The position numbers and the translations under genes were made by a program. Under the pieces are notes generated by a model, which was given only the letters and a program-made list of their open reading frames with translations, searched no databases and was not told the DNA's origin. A DNA stretch of 62,331 nt, the filler included, from Dugesia japonica (Eukaryota): NCBI GenBank assembly GCA_001938525.1. It is 6 parts of 6 records of this genome, joined end to end, with 100 filler letters (N's around TTAATTAATTAA, not from the genome) between each part and the next. Parts side by side here need not be neighbours in the genome. Positions count along the whole stretch, not along the records: positions 53,158 to 62,331 come from MQRL01608035.1; 5 more parts are not named here. One strand, written 5' to 3'. Below are positions 53,058 to 62,331 of the stretch, piece after piece (position 1 is the stretch's first letter; the number at the start of each line of letters is the position of its first letter).

Positions 53058-53157
53058 NNNNNNNNNNNNNNNNNNNNNNNNNNNNNNNNNNNNNNNNNNN
53101 NTTAATTAATTAANNNNNNNNNNNNNNNNNNNNNNNNNNNNNNNNNNNNNNNNNNNN
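53058..53157. other. Artificial contig spacer
   Basis: N44-TTAATTAATTAA-N44. Confidence 0.95.
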
Positions 53158-53759
53158 ATTTTTAAAATCCATTTCGTGTCTTATTAATTTATTTCAACTA
53201 GTTTTAACTTATTGTCATAAATTGTGATTCTTATTATGGTTTTATTTCTATTTTTAACATCCAAACCACTTTCTTGGTGTCAAATTATTTACCTACTTTC
53301 TGTTATTTATCCTCCCTGTTTTTTTTCTTTGGTCTGTAGAGATGGAATTCTTATTCGACTATTTTGCGTTGTTTTACCTATATAATGTTTCTAAGCCAAT
53401 AATAATAATAATAATATTAATTAGAACAATATTTTTGAAGACCTTTTTGGAGGGAAATTCAAAAAAATATTTTGGTTAGAAGTTTTTCATTTCAATGGAA
53501 GGAAATCTTTTTAATATAATTAAATTTAATTAAATTAATTTATTTATGTTAGAGATGGGGCAGTCTTGATATTTTGCATGGNNNNNNNNNNNNNNNNNNN
53601 NNNNNNNNNNNNNNNNNNNNNNNNNNNNNNNNNNNNNCGTGATTTACAGTGTATGTGTGTTGCATCTGAGTTGCATACGTATTGCATTTACTAATAAAAA
53701 TTCATAGTCAAGTCATTTTTAGTGTTTTTAATATTTAATTATAAACTATATACTAAATT

Positions 53760-54409
53760 ATGAGTAAAAAAGAAAACAAGATAGAGAGATTAAGAAATGA
53801 CACAGTCTATCAAATTGTAGAACCTAGTGGTAGCGGGAAAACTTTACTTGTATGTCATTTATTGAAATCAAAGTTATTCAAGTCTAAATTTAAAAACATA
53901 TACTAACATAGGGGTGCTGATGAGAAGCATGGTTTGAAAAAATCTAAATTTTGTAATATTAAAATAAAAGTCATAAATAGTTTTGATTCTAATTGGAGTA
54001 AAAGATTAAGACCAAGTGATGTTATTGTTGTTGATGATCTGTATCATGAGGCAAATAAAGAAAAAGATTTCAATAATTTATTCACAAAGATATCGAAACA
54101 CTGTAATGTGACAGTTATATTTATTACTCAAAATCTATTTCATCGAGGAGGTAGTCATAGAACTCGCAATTTAAACGTGCAATATTTGGTTCTATTCAAA
54201 AATCCTAGAGATCAAACTGTTGTTAATTTTCTAGCAAGACAAGCATATCCAAATAACATAAATTTATTATTGAATCATTTCAAGATGCAACAGAAAAACC
54301 ACATGGATATCTATTTCTCGACTTTACACAACAATTTCCAGATGTTTATAGTGTGAGAACAGATATATTCAACCCTAATGGTATCACAGTATATAAGAAA
54401 AATAGGTAA
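53760..54409 (+). pseudogene. A32/FtsK-like packaging ATPase
   Basis: Walker A (E)PSGSGKT, Walker B VIVVDD, VIFITQNLF, YLVLFKNPRD, frameshifted PHGYLFLD; one stop. Confidence 0.93.
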
Positions 54410-54429
54410 TTTTTATAATATTATATAAA

Positions 54430-54772
54430 ATGCAAAGTTTAAGAACATTGTAATTGATTCAGTTACTAATGGTGATGTTGTTAAACATCGAAAATGGTTG
54501 GTTTTGAAGAAAAAGTCAAATCAATCTTATAAGGAAAAATCTCATTAGAAACAATCTCATCAGAAAACGTATGGAAATAAGAAAAAACAATTGAATAAGT
54601 TTTAAAAAACTTTAAAAAAAGATGGAAAGAAATTGGAAATGAGAGATGAAAGATAGATATCACATAAGAAAACATATGCAAATAAGAAAAAGGAATTGAA
54701 TAAGTTTAAAAAACTTCCAAAAATTACTAGAAAAAAACCAGAATTTATGAATGGAAAATGGATATCATTATA
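54430..54772 (+). pseudogene. Small Lys/Glu-rich Polinton ORF ending KWISL*
   Basis: Position after the ATPase, ATG start, internal duplication AAATAAGAAAAA..ATTGAATAAGTTT. Confidence 0.45.
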
Positions 54773-54809
54773 AACAACTAACTGGTATGTCTTTNTTATT
54801 GAAATAAAA

Positions 54810-55140
54810 ATGAAATTAGAAATAAGTATTCCGTTTTTTACTGCTTTGATTAAATTATCACAATCAATGAGAATGAGAATTTTGGAATCATTTCCAATAT
54901 ATGTTATTGATGATTTACTTAAGATTATTGTAAATATTGTTCATGGTAATGTAAATTTGAGCAAAGGTTAAAAGGAAACGTTGAAAAAACAGAAAAACCT
55001 TACTATCGCTTGTAAATACTAAAAATAGGAGATTGATGAAAAAAAGTAATACGAAATAATCAAGGTAGTAGATTTATAGCAGCATTACTAACAATTGCAT
55101 TAGCAGCATTAGGCTTAAATCATTTCAAAAAAACCATTGA
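54810..55140 (+). pseudogene. Polinton core-like protein with a C-terminal hydrophobic peptide after a protease site
   Basis: MKLEISIPFFTALIKL..RMRILE..IVNIVHGNVNL..NNQGSRFIAALLTIALAALG resembles the NIL.GNV.L..QxGGFL pattern of Polinton ORFs. Confidence 0.65.
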
Positions 55141-55225
55141 AGATTTTGATCAATATATTAATAAACAATAGGTGGATTGCAATCATTACCTAGTTTTCAC
55201 TTGAAATTAGCATCGAATTGTTGTA

Positions 55226-56281
55226 ATGGAGAAACTAAAGACAATATAGACGGATCCATAAAACCTAGCAGGTTTTCGAGGCGTAGACAAATTGATGAAA
55301 GCATCACAAAAAACAAAAAGAAAGACCAAAAAGTGGATTTAAGGACAACCAGCATACAGCCTGAACAAGCCGATGTTGAAAAGATTTCGAACAAGAGCAT
55401 ATCAAACATATGGTATTGATGATTTATAGCAAATGGATCTAATGTATATGATTTCATATTCAAAAATTAATAAAGAATACAAATATATTTTGACATGTAT
55501 TCAGTAGATTTACAAGAGCTGTTCCTGTTAAATCAAAATCTGCTAATGATATGAAACCAGCAATCAAGTCAATGTTTAAAAATGGACATCCAGATAATTT
55601 ACAAACGGATTTGGGTAAGGAATTTTACAATTCCAAGGTGAAACAACTTATAAATAATCTATCCATAAACCATTATAGTGTATTCTCTCAGTATAAAGCT
55701 GCAGATGTAGAGAGATTTAATTGTACATTGAGAGATGCATTGAAAAGATACTTTGTACATGTTGGTAATTAAACTTGGATAAATGTTTTACCGAAACTTA
55801 TTCATAGTTATAATAATTCTGTTCATAAGGGATTAAATGAAGCAAGACCGGTTGATGTAAATACAAACAATCAACTAAAGTTAGGGTTATCACGTAAACA
55901 TTCAAAAGCAAATAAAAGACCAAAGTATAAAGTTGACAATCATGTGAGAATCTCAAAAATACCTGCTTCACGATTTATCAAGAATTTCAATAGTAATTGG
56001 AATGATGAAGTTTTTCAAATAACAAAATTAAACACTAAACAATTTCGGTCATGCATAATATTAAAGATTATGAAGATAATATTGTTCAAGGAAAGTTCTA
56101 TGAATAAAAATTACAAGTCATTCCACCACCAGAGATATATAGAATAGAAACAATAATCAAATATAAAGGAACTAGAAAGAATAAATAATACTGTGTAAAG
56201 TGGCATGGATACGAAAAACCAAGTTAGATATTAGCATCACAAATAGTCAATCAGGAAAAAAACTTTGATGAAATCGAGTAA
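55226..56281 (+). pseudogene. Retroviral-like (rve) integrase with C-terminal chromodomain
   Basis: AGFRGVDKL, GIDDL*QMDL, YKYILTCI, LQTDLGKEFYN, KAADVERFNCTL, YNNSVH, VRISK, QGKFYE, VKWHGY. Confidence 0.95.
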
Positions 56282-57297
56282 TTTCTATACGCTTTTACCT
56301 AGTAATAGCTGTCCACTTATTTTACCTGAGAATAATGCTAGTAAATTCATTGTCGAGCTACAAAATCTAATTACTATGGATTTTAGTTGGGAAGTTTCCA
56401 TGATGAACTTCACCTTTCTATATTCACCATTTCCAGTATATAGCAAGTCAAAAATTGAATATATGACTGCAAAAAATATATTGAAAACATAACTGTAACA
56501 ATAAATAACAAAGAAAAACACATAGTGTTGATAAAAATAATAAATTTGAAATATTTGAAAATAATCTCATAAGATTTTATTGTAATTTTCCATATGTTGT
56601 AATATTTGAAGATGCACATATCGCACACTCATTTGGATTAGTATTTAAATCTAACAAATTATCAAAGTAATTTGGTCATATCTATACAAACTTTACAAAT
56701 GATGACACAGTACAAAAAGTAAAAATTAAAGTAGCTTAAACAGTGGTTAATTATCATACTTTTCAGTTTAAAGATGATATATACATATCAGAATTGGAAC
56801 AATTCAGTAAATATTTGACCAAAAATTGTACTCAAATATTTAAGAAATGTCTTATAAATGCGGATAAATATTTTGAATTTGAGCTACAAGATGATGTCAA
56901 AAAAGGTGTATTTGATAATGTCTTGACAAGAACATTGGGATTAGACAAACAACAATATTCTCCTCTGGATATGATAGGAGGTGAGTTCAAAGCTATTACC
57001 AAATCAAAAATAATGAACTTACATCAGCAGATGTTCATCTTTAGTAGTCTTGTTGAACCTTTAATTGCAGGTGATGTTAGTGTACCTTTATTAAAATCAA
57101 TATAGATAGAAAAGCATGAAACTGATGAAGTAGTGCAAATTATAGTCGAAATTCCAATGTATTTACCTATTGCAACATCATGTATAAACAATATAGAAAT
57201 TAATATACGCGATAATAACGTAAAATTAATCAAGTTTCCAAAACATTCAAAAACCCATTTACCTTTACATTTTAGAAAACTAAATAATGAATCCTGA
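56265..57297 (+). pseudogene. Minor capsid protein (penton)
   Basis: N-terminal FYTLLPSNS..PENNASKF..WEVSM; C-terminal FIFSSLVEPLIAGDVSVPLLK..MYLPI..IEINIRD..LHFRK. Confidence 0.85.
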
Positions 57298-57460
57298 TAT
57301 TTTTTCAATGTATAATACTAGTCAAATAGGTAAAGAATTACCTTACATTTTTTGAAACAGTAGGTAGGTAGATGAATAGTGGGTAGATTTGCTTTACCGA
57401 TTCTTTAACGTATTGGTTCTTTTTGTATGAAATCAGCTCAGGATGTACTAGCTAATGACG
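57287..57460 (+). pseudogene. PZ/cupiennin-like core protein remnant
   Basis: MNPDIFSMYNTSQIGKELPYIF..KQ*VGR*IVGRFALPIL*RIGSFCMKSAQDVL: QxG motifs followed by an amphipathic helix, between penton and hexon. Confidence 0.55.
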
Positions 57461-58300
57461 GAATAATACTACCAACATGGAAATCTAATGCATTAGCTAA
57501 ACTTGGAAGTTGTACTTTCGAAGATGCCTTTCCTATGAATTCAATTTCTGAATCACAAAGTGACATAAAGTTTTTTATAAATGGATCTCAAACAGAATAT
57601 TTGGATTTGAATGATACTTTATTGTATATTAACTTGAAGGTGGTTGATAAGGCTTGTAAAGATTGGACTGACACTCATGAGGTAGTTTCTAGTAATTATA
57701 TGTTGCATATGCTTTTTAAGGATGTAATTCTTTCGTTTAATAATTTCAAAATTGTAGGTGGAAATGGATCTTATCTTCACAAAGCAATAATTGAAACTAT
57801 AATAAATTAAAATGGTGATAGTAAGAATATATGTCTTGCAACAATGGGATATGGATCAGAAGCAGATAGAAAAATGTCTATTAAAATATCAAAACAATTA
57901 GCTCTATGCGGTTCATTACAACTCGATTTTATGGATCAACCGAAATACATTATTCCTATGTCAACGTTCATATTCGAATCTACAGCCCATACATCTAAAA
58001 ATGTATTACTAGATGCAAAATTAATGGTTAGACGTGTACGCGTTGAACCATTAGTACTAGTTGCTCATCAAATAGGACTAAAAAACAAAATACTGTTTAT
58101 CCAATAGAAACAAAGAAGTCGTTGCATTTGCAATTATTAAAGATAGTTTTTATAAGGAAAAAATCTTTGGTGATCGTCGATTACCTAGCTTTATTCTGGT
58201 TACAGTTCAAAGTGGTGAACAATATAATAATAGCTATAAAAACGCGAGTTCAACATTTCAAAATATAGATGCTGGTACATGTTATGAAGTAAATGTTATT
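57460..58300 (+). pseudogene. Major capsid protein (double jelly-roll, PY), internally deleted
   Basis: IKFFINGSQTEYLDLNDTLLYINLKVV, NYMLHMLFKDV, YLHKAIIETIIN, DFMDQPKYI, AKLMVRRV, IFGDRRLPSFIL. Confidence 0.85.
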
Positions 58301-58335
58301 ATATTAATGATTTTTACTTTAATAGTACTATTCAG

Positions 58336-58944
58336 ATGGATCGGATGCTTGGATCAGCATGGTTAGGTGTTTATGCGTTATATAAACTTCCAAAATATAT
58401 TCCAGTAAACAATGCCTTAATTGTCAATACTCATACATAAAATCTAGGTGGAGAACATTGGATAGCTGTTTACAATAAACCTGCTCAAATACTACTGGGT
58501 TGGCAAGAAAGTAATAGGCGAATATTTAAAGAAATAAAAGTCTTAAAACAATATGAAACAATATATAATTTTATTAAATAATGAATTGACCATTGTTTTC
58601 AAGGACCTGTTCTCATCTTCCAGGAAGCAAAAGAATTCCTCGTTCATAAAATTCCGTGGGTTTATCAGGATAAAATCACAACAAATCGGATTTGACATCG
58701 TCATCATTAGTATAAATTTTTGAATTGGATTGGACGTTTTTCTTGGATTGACGTGTTCAATTACTTTCTTGCCAACCCAATAGTATTCGATCCATTAGCA
58801 TTTTATTATCCATCAATGTTGGTGTAACACTTATCAAAAATTTAAAAGCCAATAGTCTACAATGAAATCTGATATCAAGATCCATTTACAACTACATGTG
58901 GTCAACACTGTTTATTATGGTTGAAAAAACAACATTGCACTTGA
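58336..58944 (+). pseudogene. Adenain-like cysteine maturation protease interrupted by a mariner element
   Basis: LGVYA..LIVNT..GEHWIA..[insert]..VFDPL..YQDPFTTTCGQHC. Removing 58495-58782 restores the frame. Confidence 0.92.
58495..58780 (-). mobile_element. Internally deleted mariner (mellifera-like TIRs) with TA TSD
   Basis: TA|CTGGGTTGGCAAGAAAGTAAT..ATTACTTTCTTGCCAACCCAA|TA; minus strand FYERGILLLPGR*EQVLENNGQF. Confidence 0.92.
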
Positions 58945-59892
58945 CAATNNNNNNNNNNNNNNNNNNNAAAAAATAAATGTCTTTTATTGAAATGAAATCT
59001 TTGTTATTTATTAAAACTAAGAATAAAAAAGAATAAAATGAAAATATTTATTTATAAAATATTTGTAAGTAATATGCTAATAATACATGTTTTTTTTATT
59101 ATTTGACACAAATTATCCAAAAAAATAAAATTAATTTAAAAAACCTCAACGTAATATGTCTGTATTTTTAAAAATTGATTTCAAATACTGAAACGTAATA
59201 TGTCTGCAATATTTTAAATACATTTGTCATTTTAAAATGCACACATACTCGAATTTGATTAGTTCGATTTGATTGTCTAGATTTGAAAACCTTGGTAAAA
59301 TTTATTATTATTCATCACAATTTCAAATTATTTTTAGAAAACATATGAGCAATTCAAGAGAGCTTTAAGTAATTTATTATTATTTTTAACATTATAAACT
59401 TTTATTTTTTGAATAAACATGAATTCATATAAACAAAAAGAAAGAAGATTTATTTAAACTATGAATGCTGTAAGATTCTTATTATTTATTATTAATAAAT
59501 TTTTTATGTAATTTAAAATTTTAACGAAATGCGACAGAAGTGAAGGATCTCAGATGATCGTGAATGGAGATTCCCGTTCTTTTATTTATAGTTCTTTTTA
59601 TTTTATTATATTTTTAAATATTTATTTAAGTTAAATTTTAATAATAATTTCTTTTTATAAGTTAAATTTTAATAATAATTTCTTTTTATAAGTTAAATTT
59701 TAATAAAATAAAACTGTTATGTTAATTTATTATGAAAAACAAATATGCTATGTTCTATGTTATGTTCCATAATAATATGATAATATGAAGAAATGTTCTA
59801 TATTATCAAGAAATGTTCTATGTTATGAAGAAGACGAAATGCTCTATTTTTTTTTAAATGAAAAAGTTCTATGTTTTTATCATTTTTCTGAA

Positions 59893-60240
59893 AACATTGC
59901 ATCACCAATATGATTTATTTTGGAAAATTGCAACGCTAATGAGATTTTGTAATACAAATTGGATCGTCAATGAGATTTTATTTTTAATTTTGCGACACTA
60001 ATGAAATTTCATATTAAAAATTACATCGGTAATGAGATTTTTTTATTTAAAATTGTAACGTCAATAAGATTTTATATTTAAAATTGCAACACTAATGAAA
60101 CATTTTATTAAAAATTGCAACACTAATGAAACATTTTATTAAAAATAGCATTGGTGATGAGATTTATTTTTAAAAATTAAATCGGTAATGAGATTTTTAA
60201 AAAAAATTTCATTACTAACATGATTTTTTTATTAAACATT
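59893..60240. repeat. 31-bp tandem array inside the Polinton
   Basis: Unit AAATTGCAACACTAATGAAACATTTTATTAA, about 11 degenerate copies. Confidence 0.85.
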
Positions 60241-60354
60241 ACCACTTTTATACGTTTTTTTAATGGAAAATACCATAGCTAATAAATTTTTTTTAAGAAG
60301 AAAAATGTTAAAATCATTATGTTATTATTATTATATTATTATTAATTATTTTAG

Positions 60355-60542
60355 AACATTGCAAATTATACAATCATTGCGCAAGTATGATTCATAATGG
60401 TGACTGTCATAGTATTATGGAAGGATACTATGGCCAACGGTTTTATGGAAAAAATTATTTTGTGTGTCCTAATTGTAAGGTATTAGACCTAAACAACTAC
60501 TCAAGATTTTATGACACATCAGAAACACTTGTCTTGTTTTAG
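60355..60542 (+). CDS. Small Cys/His-rich exon or ORF within the Polinton
   Basis: After a TTTTAG acceptor: HCKLYNHCASMIHNGDCHSIMEGYYGQRFYGKNYFVCPNCKVLDL..VLF*. Confidence 0.4.
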
Positions 60543-60577
60543 TAAAAGTAAAATAAATATATTAAAATAAATATTAG

Positions 60578-62331
60578 GTGGATAGTGAGTTTTTTGAAGT
60601 ACCAGTAAATAAGAGAATTACGATAGAAGAAATAACAGTTAAGGATGATGATATTGAAGAAATAATAATCAAGGATGAACCAGTTGAAATAATTGTTATT
60701 GAAGATGATGTTGAAGAAAAAATAATCAAAGATGAATCAGTTGAAAAAATTGAATATGTTGCTGGAGAAATTATCAATTTGGATCTAGAAGAAGAAACAG
60801 CTAATATTGTACAAGAAGAAGCAATAAATAGTGAATCTGATGATTGAAACAGTTTTGAAATAATTGATGAACTTGATGAAGAAGATATCATGTTACATAA
60901 GCTCGTTGATATTGAAGAGAAAAATAATCAAGTTGGTGGATTGATAATTAAAACTGAAAAGGATATCATGTTACAACAATTTATGGATGCAGAAGAAACG
61001 GAAAATAATAATCAAATTGCTGGATCAGCAAATAATACTGTAAAGAATGAAGTAATTATAGAATCGGATTTTTATCGTTGTCATAGGATACTTAAAATAG
61101 ATAATTCGAGATGGAATTGTCTTGAAATAATGTTACCAGAAGCTATAGTAAACAAATTATTTCAGACAATGAAAGAAATGAAAAAAGTTAAAATTCAATT
61201 GGGGATACATGTAGAGTTCAAAAGAATAATAACAGCTGCTGATGGAGAAGAATTTGAGATTAAAACCTGTAGTATATCAAATAGAGCCGTTGCATTAACT
61301 GATAACTTTTTTGAAGATGCGATCAACCAATTGAATGAGAAAATAACAATACAAAGCGAACTAGGCTCCAGTTGGATGTTGAACAGAATACTTAAAATTA
61401 ATTTCAAAATTAAAAAGGTTGCAGATATATGTCGACTTTCAGGAAAAAGCTATATTCGAACACTGGAAGATGTTAAAAGGAAAGAAGTAATTAAAAACCT
61501 CAAAACGATGATAATTACGGTTTTATTTACAGTATTATTGCTATCACCAAAAGTAATCAAGTTGGGCAAAGGAATAAAAACCAAGTAAGATTACATAAAA
61601 AATACATGTCGGAGCTTATTTTTGATGAAGAGGATATGCCGATGAAACTGATTGATATACCACAGTTTGAGAAGAATAATTTAGGACTATCCATCAGTGT
61701 CCTATCATGGAATCAAGAATTAGTGGAGGAAGAAGAAGATGAAATAATCATGAAACAGCCAAATTTGGATATAATACATCGTTCAAAAGTGGTAGATGGA
61801 GAGAAAATATATCTGTTATTGCTGGAAAATAACAACANATTTCATTACACNACAGTAATAAATCTAAATCGACTAATGAATAGGAATAATAAAAAGGAAA
61901 GTGTTCGAATTCGATCAACATGGTGTCCTAACTGTCTCAATGGTTTCAAAAATGAAGTAGCATATGAAAAGCATGAACCAATTTGTGAAAAGATCCAGAC
62001 AGGTACTACAATGTATACGATGCCAACAAAGAAGAACTTGATTTTTAAGGATTATTCAAAAACTCTGCGCTTATGTAATTCAGCAAAGAAGCTGATAACA
62101 TATACATTAAAAGCCGGATTTAAGAAAACGAAAAAAATAGATGATGATTTAATTGCTGTTCTTCTCAATAAGGGAATAGCTTACTTAGATCGGCCGAGCC
62201 ACATTGGACAAACTGTACTTGACCTCTCAAAATTGAGAATGTACAAACTTCAGTACTTTGAGTTGGACAAATATAGGAAGGCATTTCAATGTAAAATTAA
62301 TATTGTAGCCGGCGATGCAGATAGTGTTTTC
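60578..62331 (+). pseudogene. Polinton pPolB (copy 3) with an acidic N-terminal extension and a large internal deletion
   Basis: 60578-60847 is in frame with 60890 (one TGA). GSSWMLNRI, LSGKSYI, IPQFEKNN, WCPNCLNGF, FKDYSKT, then a jump to RPSHIGQTVLDLSKLRMY..AGDADSVF (motif C). Confidence 0.93.

Larger units (their letters stand above)
53640..62331 (+). mobile_element. Decayed Polinton/Maverick (adintovirus-like endogenous dsDNA virus), running off the window end
   Basis: Co-oriented ATPase, core-like ORFs, integrase, minor capsid, major capsid, adenain and pPolB. Confidence 0.95.

Noticed and set aside
57358-57373. AGTAGGTAGGTAGATG resembling the Polinton terminus
   Set aside because: Lies inside a continuous PZ-like reading frame with no junction; probably coincidental decay.
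59893-60240. 31-bp arrays (also 32735-33000) as CRISPR
   Set aside because: Head-to-tail degenerate units without unique spacers, no cas genes, eukaryotic context.
60574-61407. Ser-rich and other antisense ORFs (also 44311-44514, 55197-55463, 56285-56628, 57024-57308)
   Set aside because: Shadows of plus-strand coding sequence.

Overview
Very AT-rich eukaryotic (animal) draft-assembly sequence; composition, (ATT)n microsatellites and repeat content suggest a planarian-like invertebrate (inference only). The window is not one contiguous locus: five identical 100-nt spacers (N44-TTAATTAATTAA-N44) join six contigs of about 9-13 kb. One clearly intact host coding exon is present, S1 to C-terminus of a Shaw/Kv3-like K+ channel with an altered S6 gate (44210-45463), plus one probable isolated exon (27590-27885). 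The dominant content is decayed Polinton/Maverick (adintovirus-like) endogenous DNA virus. An ordered virion module (packaging ATPase, core-like proteins, integrase-chromodomain, minor and major capsid, adenain protease, pPolB) spans 53.7-62.3 kb. There are two more pPolB copies and several related Polinton termini (consensus AGTAGGTAGATAGTAGCGCAC), at least one nested inside another Polinton gene. Blocks of orphan, partly spliced ORFs may be viral cargo. Also present: a Penelope-like GIY-YIG remnant with a hammerhead ribozyme, a multi-copy hammerhead-bearing short repeat family, two LTRs, and hAT, piggyBac, Tc1/mariner and MULE-like remnants and MITEs. Protein family calls rest on manual motif recognition; coordinates of decayed elements are approximate.
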